From NCBI GenBank assembly GCA_016937825.1, contig JAFGVT010000141.1:1-34522 (forward strand): a stretch of DNA of 34,522 nucleotides, in the 5' to 3' direction. Under the pieces are notes generated by a model. The model searched no databases. It was not told where the DNA came from and saw only the letters and a program-made list of their open reading frames with translations. Shown piece after piece: positions 8,694 through 16,914 of the stretch. A program made the position numbers and the translations under genes. Source of the stretch: Fidelibacterota bacterium. Its GTDB lineage: Bacteria; Fidelibacterota; Fidelibacteria; Fidelibacterales; Fidelibacteraceae. Every line of letters begins with the position of its first letter. Position 1 is the stretch's first letter.

Positions 8694-9886
8694 TGAAAAA
8701 GGGTGTTCTGAGCATTCTGTCGCTGATTGTCTGCGTCGTCCTGCTGATCCTGTCATTTCAGCTTTATCTTGATACCCGCAGGCAGCTTCTTTTTCAGGAG
8801 ATCCGGCAGCAGGATCCGGACAGCAGTTCGTTCAGCGAACGACTTGCGCTCAACGAATCGCTAAGCGCTTCACGGGAGACCGCGATCACCCGCGCGATCC
8901 GTTCCGCCTCCCCCGCGATCGCGGGCATTCATGTAACCACGATCCAGGAGTACAGCAATAATCCTTTTTTTAACGATCCCTTCTTCAACCGTTTTTTCCC
9001 GAACAACATCTATAAAAAACGCATCCAGAGCCTGGGAAGCGGTGTGGTGATCTCTTCCGACGGCTATATCGTGACCAATGCGCATGTGCTGGGCGAGAAC
9101 GCCGTGGAGATCTACGCCACCCTGACGGGAGGCGATCGCTATGCAGCGGAAATCGTTGGGATCGACGCGCTGACCGATATCGCCTTGATCAAGATCGACG
9201 CACAGGACCTTGCCTTCATTGAAATGGCGGACAGCGACGACCTGATCATCGGGGAGTGGGTGATCGCCCTGGGCAATCCTTTCGGTTTGTTCAACGTCAG
9301 CAACAAGCCCATCGCCACCGCCGGGATCATCAGCAGCATCCGGATGAATTTCGGCGAGACCGAAAGCGGACACGTCTACCAGGATATGATCCAGACGGAC
9401 GCCAGCATCAACAGCGGGAACAGCGGGGGCGCGCTTGTCAACATGCGGGGCGAGCTGATCGGGATCAACACCTTTATTTTTTCCGGGAACACCAGCGGCA
9501 ACAGCGGTTCGGTCGGGATCGGGTTTGCGATCCCCATTAACCGGGTCCGTCAGATCGTCAGCGACCTGAAAACGAACGGAAAGATCGACCGAAACTGGGA
9601 CTTCGGCATTTCCGGACAGCCCCTTACCCAGTCGATCATCGATTATTACAATCTTGATACGGACCACGGGATCATTATTATCGATATCAAAAAAGGAAAA
9701 GCCGGCGACAAGGCCGGACTGAAGGTCGGGGATATTATTCTTTCGATCAACGACCAGGAAGTAAGACGCAATCAGGATGTTATCGAGATCATCAACACAT
9801 CCTATTTGAAGATCGGCGATACCATCAAGGCGCTTATCAACCGGGACGGCAGCGAATTCTCCGTGGAGATCCCGCTGATACAATAA
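8690..9886 (+). CDS. HtrA/DegP-family trypsin-like serine protease with one PDZ domain
   Basis: 398 aa. N-terminal TM anchor, catalytic triad contexts TNAHVL, DIALIKI and GNSGGALVN, and a C-terminal PDZ-like GLKVGDIILSIN. Strong AAGGAG SD. The ATGA overlaps the truA stop. Confidence 0.88.
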   Translation: MMKKGVLSILSLIVCVVLLILSFQLYLDTRRQLLFQEIRQQDPDSSSFSERLALNESLSASRETAITRAIRSASPAIAGIHVTTIQEYSNNPFFNDPFFNRFFPNNIYKKRIQSLGSGVVISSDGYIVTNAHVLGENAVEIYATLTGGDRYAAEIVGIDALTDIALIKIDAQDLAFIEMADSDDLIIGEWVIALGNPFGLFNVSNKPIATAGIISSIRMNFGETESGHVYQDMIQTDASINSGNSGGALVNMRGELIGINTFIFSGNTSGNSGSVGIGFAIPINRVRQIVSDLKTNGKIDRNWDFGISGQPLTQSIIDYYNLDTDHGIIIIDIKKGKAGDKAGLKVGDIILSINDQEVRRNQDVIEIINTSYLKIGDTIKALINRDGSEFSVEIPLIQ

Positions 9887-9887
9887 A

Positions 9888-11330
9888 CTATTTGACCATC
9901 AGTTGCAGGATCTTATCCGGGATATCCGTATTGTCATAATAACCGTTGAACCGTTCCGCTCCCACTCCAAAGGCCCTGACGGGCAGAGGGACCGCGGTAT
10001 GGGAAAAGGTCGTCCATCCGATGCCGGCCTTTCTTGAAAGCATGCGGCTCACCGACATCATGAAGGGGTCATACCCTCCGTAAAGAATATATTCATAGGG
10101 GTTTTCCCAGTTCAGTTTTTCAAAGGATTTCAGATAGGCCGTCTGAAGCTCGCCGCGTTCATATTCGTTCAATCCAAGTCCTTTGCTCTCATCCCCGATC
10201 CCGGTTTGTTTTTCCGCAAAATCAAACGCCCATTCCGGGTGGGCTTTGACATGGTCTTCGCCGTATTGTTCGATCATGCTTGCGCGGCTGTCGCTGAATT
10301 CCCGGGTCAATTCGGTAAAGGACCCTGTCTGCCATTTCAGCTTGCTCAAGTCGATATTGTCATCTCCGTACGAGGTCCCCATGGTCATGCCGCCGGTCTC
10401 GTGGTCCGCGGTGATCACGATCAGGGTATGCTTACGGTGTTTGTTATAGAATTCAAGCGCCACCCTGATCGCGTCGTCAAAGGCCAGGGTTTCAAGGATA
10501 GAGGTCTTGGCGTCGTTTGCGTGGCACGCCCAGTCGATCTTTCCGCCTTCGAACATGATGAAAAATCCCTCCGGCCCTTCCAGCATGGCAACAGCCTTCT
10601 GCAGCATAGCGTCCTGGGTAATGGAACCTTCATCCAGGTCGATCACATAGGGCATTGCATATTCATCATTTGAATCAGGATGAATGAAAACGACCCGACC
10701 CGCGCCGGGCTCCAGATAGCGAAAAGCCGTGGCGTTGTTCACGAACACGAACCCGTTCTGCTTGATCTGGTCGACGATATCCTGTTCGCTGTTTCCTTTC
10801 GGATCTTTCTTTTTACGGAAATCCCCGCCGGCAAAAAAATCAAAATCCGAATAGGCCAGCTGGGCGGCGATCTCATAATAATTGCTTCGGCTCGGCTGGT
10901 GGGCATAGAATACGGCAGGGGTCGCATGGTCGATATCCACGGTGGTAACGATCCCGACCTTCAGGCCACGTTCCTTGGCCGTTTCCGCAAGGGTCTTCAG
11001 CGGATAGCGGTGTTCCGCATCCATGCTGACCGTGCCGTTGGACGTCTTGAACCCGGTCGCCAGCGCGGTTCCTGCGGCGCCGGAATCGGTAATGTGCTTT
11101 GATGCCGAAAAGCTGGTGGCGTAACCCGTCGCCGGGGCGAGGTTCATGGCGAGCGGAATGATCCCGGATTTGTTTTCCATGGCTGCGAGATAGCGTTCGG
11201 CGGAACTGATCTGGGTATGCCCCATGCCGTCCCCGATAAAGAAAAAGATATAGCGCGCTTCCTGTTTTCCGCATGCGCCAAAAAGAACAAGTGTAACGAT
11301 CAGAATGAAATATCTCCATTTCCGCAGCAT
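9888..11330 (-). CDS. alkaline phosphatase (PhoA family), probable lipoprotein
   Basis: 480 aa. FFIGDGMG metal site, active-site Ser context ITDSGAAGTALATG, plus DHATP, ADHETGG and FSHT motifs. N-terminal LVLFGAC lipobox-like signal. Confidence 0.88.
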   Translation of the reverse strand: MLRKWRYFILIVTLVLFGACGKQEARYIFFFIGDGMGHTQISSAERYLAAMENKSGIIPLAMNLAPATGYATSFSASKHITDSGAAGTALATGFKTSNGTVSMDAEHRYPLKTLAETAKERGLKVGIVTTVDIDHATPAVFYAHQPSRSNYYEIAAQLAYSDFDFFAGGDFRKKKDPKGNSEQDIVDQIKQNGFVFVNNATAFRYLEPGAGRVVFIHPDSNDEYAMPYVIDLDEGSITQDAMLQKAVAMLEGPEGFFIMFEGGKIDWACHANDAKTSILETLAFDDAIRVALEFYNKHRKHTLIVITADHETGGMTMGTSYGDDNIDLSKLKWQTGSFTELTREFSDSRASMIEQYGEDHVKAHPEWAFDFAEKQTGIGDESKGLGLNEYERGELQTAYLKSFEKLNWENPYEYILYGGYDPFMMSVSRMLSRKAGIGWTTFSHTAVPLPVRAFGVGAERFNGYYDNTDIPDKILQLMVK

Positions 11331-11512
11331 ACATGGACTCCTGTCAAGGTTGATGTTGAAATTCCTTCAATTATACTTATACGGCAGAAAAGTAACAAAT
11401 AATTTTTCCCCGATCATCAATTAAATCCGGCGATTTTATTTGTGCTTTACGGCATTTTTAATTTTTATAACTTCAATAAATTTTATACCTTTACCGGGAG
11501 AAATGAATCACC

Positions 11513-12343
11513 ATGTTCGAAACCTGGAACGAAATTAAAAAATACCGCGAGTCGCAGGGCATCTCCATTGAGACCCTGTCCGAACGCACACGTCTTTCTT
11601 CCGAAAAGATCCTTTTTCTGGAAGCCGGCGATTTCAGCAAGGCCGACAAGATCATCACCCGCTTTCAGATCAAGAATTACGCCCAGCAGATGGGGCTGAA
11701 CTATGAGGAACTGATCGAACTCGGGGGACTGAAAAGCATCCCCACCCCGCTTCCCGCCGAATCCCGCGTTGAATCCGTCACGATAAAAAAAACCCACTCG
11801 TACCGCGGCAGAAAAAAAGAACTCGGCAAACCCGTGATCTATGCTTTGATCGTCCTGGGGGTTTTTATCGCCGTGTTCGCCCTGAACCTCCTGTCCCGTC
11901 ATTTCAACCTCAGCTCCGATCTCTTCGAAATGACCGATCAGCAGCGGAAAGCGCTGGACGACACACCGGCGGCCGTCCGGGATTCCACCCTGTACAAGCC
12001 CGTCCTTCCCCAGGTCGCCAAACGGACCGAGACCCGGGACATTACCGACACGATGAACCTCTACGACAGCCTTCAGGTCCGCTTCCCCGTCCGTTTGAAT
12101 ATTTTCCCCAAACAACGGCTTTCCTATCGTCTTGAAACGGCCGGAACACCTCCCAAAGAAGATTATATTTTTAAGGATACTCCCGGCTCCCTTTTCTTTG
12201 ACAAGCCCGGAAGGGTCATTTTTTACAATACCGCGGATACGCGCTTTGTCTTCTCGGGACTCTCGTTCCGTGACAAGGATTACACCCGTGTCGTCATTGA
12301 TATCAACGAACGCGGACTCGCCAGGATCTATACGAAAGAATAA
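11513..12343 (+). CDS. RodZ-like helix-turn-helix membrane protein
   Basis: 276 aa. N-terminal XRE-type HTH (IKKYRESQGISIETLSERTRLSSEKILFLEAGDF), a single TM (VIYALIVLGVFIAVFALNLL) and an extracytoplasmic C-terminal domain. This is the RodZ architecture. Confidence 0.6.
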   Translation: MFETWNEIKKYRESQGISIETLSERTRLSSEKILFLEAGDFSKADKIITRFQIKNYAQQMGLNYEELIELGGLKSIPTPLPAESRVESVTIKKTHSYRGRKKELGKPVIYALIVLGVFIAVFALNLLSRHFNLSSDLFEMTDQQRKALDDTPAAVRDSTLYKPVLPQVAKRTETRDITDTMNLYDSLQVRFPVRLNIFPKQRLSYRLETAGTPPKEDYIFKDTPGSLFFDKPGRVIFYNTADTRFVFSGLSFRDKDYTRVVIDINERGLARIYTKE

Positions 12344-12420
12344 TTTCACCCCTCTGTTCCTGCGCCCGGTCGTTCTTTCTTTCAGATCATGTGCTCTGAA
12401 TATAAATGGTGATGTAACTG

Positions 12421-12441
12421 AAAAAGGCAGGTTTCCCTGCC
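12421..12441 (-). terminator. rho-independent terminator downstream of gdhA copy 1
   Basis: The minus strand reads GGCAGG-GAAA-CCTGCC followed by TTTTT: a perfect 6-bp GC-rich stem, 4-nt loop and T-tract, about 40 nt past the stop at 12483. Confidence 0.6.
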
Positions 12442-12482
12442 TATTCAGAACTATTGCCGTCAAAGCGCAAGAAAAGATCTAA

Positions 12483-13817
12483 TTATACAACACCCAGATC
12501 GACCATCGCCTTGGCAACTTTCATAAAACCGGCAATATTTGCACCCTTAACATAATCGACATACTTATCATCAATACGTCCGTATTCGACACATTGTTCA
12601 TGGATCCGAGTCATAATACGTCGCAATTCTTCATTAACTCTTACTTTATCCCAGGATTGTCCCATGTAATTTTGGGTCATTTCAAGTCCCGATGTCGTTA
12701 CCCCGCCGGCATTGGCCGCTTTTCCCGGTGCATAGAGTATCCTGGCTTCCTGGAATACGTCGACTGCTTCGGGTGTCGACGGCATATTGGCTCCTTCCGA
12801 AACCAAAAAACACCCGTTCTTGATAAGCGTTTTTGCATCATCAACATCGATCTCGTTCTGTGTCGCACAGGGCAGGGCGATATCACAGGGAATATTCCAT
12901 GGACGTTTTCCTTCGAAATGCTTGCAGCCGAATTCCTTTGAATACTCTTTTATCCGCCCGCGACGTTCATTCTTAAGTTGCATCACATAATCCCATTTTT
13001 CACCACTGATGCCATCCGGATCGTAAACAAAACCTGTCGAATCAGATATGGTAACGACCCTTCCGCCAAATTCATTTACTTTTTGGATCGCATACTGGGC
13101 AACATTTCCGGAACCTGAAACCGCAACGACTTTACCCTCAAAGGATTCACCGCGCGTCGACAGCATGTCTTCCGCCATGTAAACCGTACCATAACCGGTC
13201 GCTTCAGGTCTTATCAAGCTTCCGCCCCATTGAACACCTTTACCGGTCAGGGCTCCCGAGTATTCATTTTTTAAGCGTTTAAATTGACCATACAAATAAC
13301 CAATTTCACGCCCGCCAACTCCGATATCTCCCGCCGGAACATCGGTTCTGAAACCGATATGGCGGAAGAGCTCACTCATAAAACTTTGACAAAAGTGCAT
13401 GACTTCATTGTCGGTCTTACCCTTAGGTTCAAAATCCGCACCTCCTTTTGCACCGCCCATCGGCAATGTAGTCAGCGCGTTTTTGAATATTTGCTCAAAC
13501 CCGAGAAACTTCAAGATGGAAAGATTCACGCTCGGATGAAAACGAAGACCCCCCTTAAAAGGGCCTATCGCATTGTTGAATTCAACACGATATCCCGTAT
13601 TCACGACCACTTCTCCGGCATCATTGACCCATGGCACCCGAAAGATAATGGTTCTGTCCGGAATGATGATCCGCTCCATGATATTGGCCGCCTTGAAAAC
13701 CGGATTCGCTTCATAGACTTCCCATACAGAATCTACCACTTCCTTAACCGCCTGAATAAATTCAGGTTGGTTGGGATTCTTGGCGATTACATGATCCATG
13801 AATTCACTTTTTGTCAT
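12483..13817 (-). CDS. gdhA: glutamate dehydrogenase, hexameric GdhA family (E. coli/NADP-like fingerprint)
   Basis: 444 aa. Catalytic-Lys region LPMGGAKGGADF, GVGGREIGY, dinucleotide fold VAVSGSGNVAQYAIQK...VVTISDS, and ALPCATQNE. GGAGAAAG SD. Confidence 0.95.
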   Translation of the reverse strand: MTKSEFMDHVIAKNPNQPEFIQAVKEVVDSVWEVYEANPVFKAANIMERIIIPDRTIIFRVPWVNDAGEVVVNTGYRVEFNNAIGPFKGGLRFHPSVNLSILKFLGFEQIFKNALTTLPMGGAKGGADFEPKGKTDNEVMHFCQSFMSELFRHIGFRTDVPAGDIGVGGREIGYLYGQFKRLKNEYSGALTGKGVQWGGSLIRPEATGYGTVYMAEDMLSTRGESFEGKVVAVSGSGNVAQYAIQKVNEFGGRVVTISDSTGFVYDPDGISGEKWDYVMQLKNERRGRIKEYSKEFGCKHFEGKRPWNIPCDIALPCATQNEIDVDDAKTLIKNGCFLVSEGANMPSTPEAVDVFQEARILYAPGKAANAGGVTTSGLEMTQNYMGQSWDKVRVNEELRRIMTRIHEQCVEYGRIDDKYVDYVKGANIAGFMKVAKAMVDLGVV

Positions 13818-13918
13818 GATCTTTCTCCTTTTTCCAAATTATTATTTCTATTTCCTGTTCATTTTACTATAGCCTTTTACTCCTGAACTTTATTATTGTT
13901 AATAATATTAATCTTCAG

Positions 13919-15256
13919 TTATACAATCCCTTGCTCAACGATGGCACGCGCAACCTTCAGGAATGCCGCAATATTGGCCCCTTTAACATAATCTACATAA
14001 TTTTCCTGAACGCGGCCATGCTCTACACACTGTTCATGGATTCTGACCATGATCTGGTGCAGTTCGGCGTCTACTTTCTCGCGTGTCCATGACAAACCCA
14101 TGTAATTTTGCGTCATTTCGAGTCCCGATGTCGCAACCCCGCCTGCATTTGCCGCTTTTCCGGGAGCATACAGCAATTTTGCCTTTTCAAACACTTCGAC
14201 CGCTTCCGGCGTACAGGGCATATTCGCTCCTTCGGCAACGCAGATACAGGAATTTTTTACCAGCATTTCTGCATCTTCTTTATTGAGCTCATTTTGTGTC
14301 GCACAGGGCAAGGCAACATCCACCGGTTGTTCCCATGGTCTTTTCCCGGGATAAAAGGTCGATGAAGGAAATTCTTTGGCATACGGTTCCACAATATCAT
14401 TATTACTGGAACGCAGCATCAGCATATATTGGATCTTATCGTTACATATCCCGTCAGGATCATAGATGTACCCGTCAGGACCCGACAATGTTACAACCTT
14501 GCCTCCCAATTCGTTGACCTTGGTAACCGCCCCCCAGGCAACATTGCCAAAACCCGACACCGCTACACGTTTTCCTTCAAAGCTTTCTCCGATGTTCTTA
14601 AGCATTTCGTCAGCAAAATAGACCACGCCGTAGCCGGTGGCTTCCGGGCGCACCAAAGATCCGCCCCAGTTGATCCCTTTGCCGGTTAGTACACCGGTAA
14701 ATTCATTTTTTATTCTTCTGTATTGACCGAATAAATAACCAATTTCACGCGCGCCCACCCCGATATCGCCGGCCGGAACATCCGTCCGAGAACCAATATG
14801 CCGGTATAATTCGGTCATAAAACTCTGGCAGAAACGCATGACTTCACCATCCGAACGTCCACGGAAGTTAAAATCCGATCCGCCTTTCCCTCCGCCCATA
14901 GGAAGTGTGGTCAGGGCATTCTTGAATATCTGTTCAAAACCGAGAAATTTCAATATAGAAAGGTTCACGCTTGAATGGAAACGCAATCCACCTTTATAGG
15001 GGCCGATCGCTCCATTAAATTCTATTCGAAAACCGCGATTTACTTTCACTTCGCCGGCATCGTTTACCCATGGTACGCGGAACATGATCACACGGTCAGG
15101 TTCTACCAGCCGTTCAAGTACATTTGCATCCTGAAATATGGGATTTTGTTCATAAATATCCCATATAGAATTAACTACTTCCAAAACTGCTTGCAAAAAC
15201 TCGGGTTGATTGGGGTTTCTTGCAGCAACATCTTCCATAAAAGCACGTTTGGTCAT
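13919..15256 (-). CDS. glutamate dehydrogenase paralog (Clostridium symbiosum/NAD-like fingerprint)
   Basis: 445 aa, about 70% identical to the downstream copy over the first 100 residues by hand count. LPMGGGKGGSDF, VAVSGFGNVAWGAVTK...VVTLSGPDGYIYDPDG, and ALPCATQNE. GGAGG SD. Confidence 0.95.
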   Translation of the reverse strand: MTKRAFMEDVAARNPNQPEFLQAVLEVVNSIWDIYEQNPIFQDANVLERLVEPDRVIMFRVPWVNDAGEVKVNRGFRIEFNGAIGPYKGGLRFHSSVNLSILKFLGFEQIFKNALTTLPMGGGKGGSDFNFRGRSDGEVMRFCQSFMTELYRHIGSRTDVPAGDIGVGAREIGYLFGQYRRIKNEFTGVLTGKGINWGGSLVRPEATGYGVVYFADEMLKNIGESFEGKRVAVSGFGNVAWGAVTKVNELGGKVVTLSGPDGYIYDPDGICNDKIQYMLMLRSSNNDIVEPYAKEFPSSTFYPGKRPWEQPVDVALPCATQNELNKEDAEMLVKNSCICVAEGANMPCTPEAVEVFEKAKLLYAPGKAANAGGVATSGLEMTQNYMGLSWTREKVDAELHQIMVRIHEQCVEHGRVQENYVDYVKGANIAAFLKVARAIVEQGIV

Positions 15257-15639
15257 TGTTTTACCTCCATTAGGGTTTAACCAAATCCATTAAGAATTTT
15301 CCATCTTCCACTTCCTCCGTTGCCGTAGGAAAGTGCATCAGGAGTACATCTCATTTTGTTTAATCGTATCAAGAATTCTCTTTAATTTAACGATCAATTT
15401 AATGATATTTTTTATAAAAAGTAAACATGAGTTTTGGCTTTTTTTCAGTATTTTTTAAGGTTTTGGGGGCTGACGATCTTCGAATAAAAACACCCCGTAT
15501 CCTATAGAATCATAACAAACAATTCATACAAACGAAAGACTGCTGATGTTTTGTTGCCGAAAGCCGGTTCATACTCATTTTTTTAATATTGCAGTGCCGG
15601 ATATGCGAAACTGGAAAGGCACAGACTCTTCGAAACATC

Positions 15640-16683
15640 TTAAGATTTTTCCGTTTCGAATTTTTTGATCGCTTCCCGCATGGCGGGTATCATATCATCC
15701 TCAACGGCGCGGACGGCCGCCCGGATCCCGTTCTTGAAGGCATAGGCCGAGGAGCGCCCGTGGCTTTTGATCACGAGCTTGTCGAACCCGAAGATCGGCG
15801 CACCGCCGTATTCCTCGTAACTGGCGACCTTCATGAGCTTTTTGATGCCGCCCGAAAGACAGAGCAGTCCGATCTTCCAGATCAGTTTTCCCTTCATCGC
15901 CATTTTTGCGATCTTTTTGACGGCTTCCGAGGTGCCCTCCATTGTCTTGATGGCGATATTCCCCGTCATCCCCTCGCTTACGATAATATCGGCTTTCCCC
16001 TTGATCAGGTCATTTCCCTCGATATTGCCGATAAAATCGATATCGGGCCGAGAGGAAAGGAGCTTGTAGGCCTGTTTCATGGTTTCGTTGCCTTTATGTT
16101 CCTCCGCCCCGATATTGAGCAATCCCACGGTCGGTTCGGCAATGCGAAGGATCTTTTTCGCGTAGCTGGTCCCCATATAGGCAAAATGCACCAGGTCGTC
16201 CGCCGAATTGCTCACGTTCGCTCCAATGTCCATCATCAGCGAAAATATTCCGGGGCGCTGCCGTTCATTGAGCGTCGGGAAGACCGTACCCAGGGCTGTC
16301 CGGTTCACGCCGGAAATGCGGCGGATATGGGTTGCTGCGGACAGGATGACGGCGCCGGTGCTTCCGGCGGAGACCATGGCATCGGCTTTTCCTTCGCTGA
16401 GCAGCCGTGCGGCCACCAGGACCGAGGCATTGGGTTTTTGAAGGATCGCCTCTTTGGGATGATCTTCCATGGTGATCTCGTCCGGCGTATGCACGAGGGT
16501 GATCCGCTCCCCGAAAGCGGCATGTTCTTTCAGTTCGGCCTTGATCTTTTGCTCATCGCCGATCAGCAGGATACGGACCCGCGGATCCTCCGCCAGTGCG
16601 AGGCAAACGCCCTCGACCGTGATCCGCGGCGCGTGATCTCCGCCCATGGCATCGACGGCGATCGTAATTTTCTCTTTGTTCAT
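15640..16683 (-). CDS. plsX: phosphate acyltransferase PlsX
   Basis: 347 aa. ITIAVDAMGGDHAP at the N-terminus, MVSAGSTGA, GKADIIVSEGMTGNIAIK and VIKSHGRSS. Confidence 0.95.
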   Translation of the reverse strand: MNKEKITIAVDAMGGDHAPRITVEGVCLALAEDPRVRILLIGDEQKIKAELKEHAAFGERITLVHTPDEITMEDHPKEAILQKPNASVLVAARLLSEGKADAMVSAGSTGAVILSAATHIRRISGVNRTALGTVFPTLNERQRPGIFSLMMDIGANVSNSADDLVHFAYMGTSYAKKILRIAEPTVGLLNIGAEEHKGNETMKQAYKLLSSRPDIDFIGNIEGNDLIKGKADIIVSEGMTGNIAIKTMEGTSEAVKKIAKMAMKGKLIWKIGLLCLSGGIKKLMKVASYEEYGGAPIFGFDKLVIKSHGRSSAYAFKNGIRAAVRAVEDDMIPAMREAIKKFETEKS

Positions 16684-16914
16684 GGTAGTTTCCCTTATGC
16701 TGTGTTTCAGGGAATGTACGGTTTTTTTGCCTGCCGGTCTATCATTTTATTTATCGCCCCTGAGCGTGTGTTTGAGCATTGATTTTCAATTAATTTATTG
16801 GTTTTTCTTCTTTCATCCGTTAAATTTGACAGCTTTGCTATTTATCATGAAAAACGTAATTCTGCTTAAAGCGGCAGGATGATATTGAAACAGAATATGG
16901 AGGTTAGATCCGGT

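Noticed and set aside
13899-13911. The near-palindrome TTAATA-A-TATTAA between the two gdh genes, as an operator or terminator.
   Set aside because: It is AT-only, short, and expected by chance in an AT-rich spacer. It is not followed by a T-tract on the transcribed strand.
15589-16782. A 397-aa ORF antisense to plsX.
   Set aside because: A shadow ORF of plsX. It has no recognisable motifs, its composition is that of an antisense frame, and plsX itself is unambiguous.
16684-16914. An expected rpmF (L32) or yceD gene upstream of plsX, and a TTGACA (16826-16831) as the secD promoter.
   Set aside because: The minus-strand translation gives no L32-like peptide, only a 10-codon ORF. The TTGACA has no acceptable -10 hexamer at 16-18 nt spacing, so no promoter is called.
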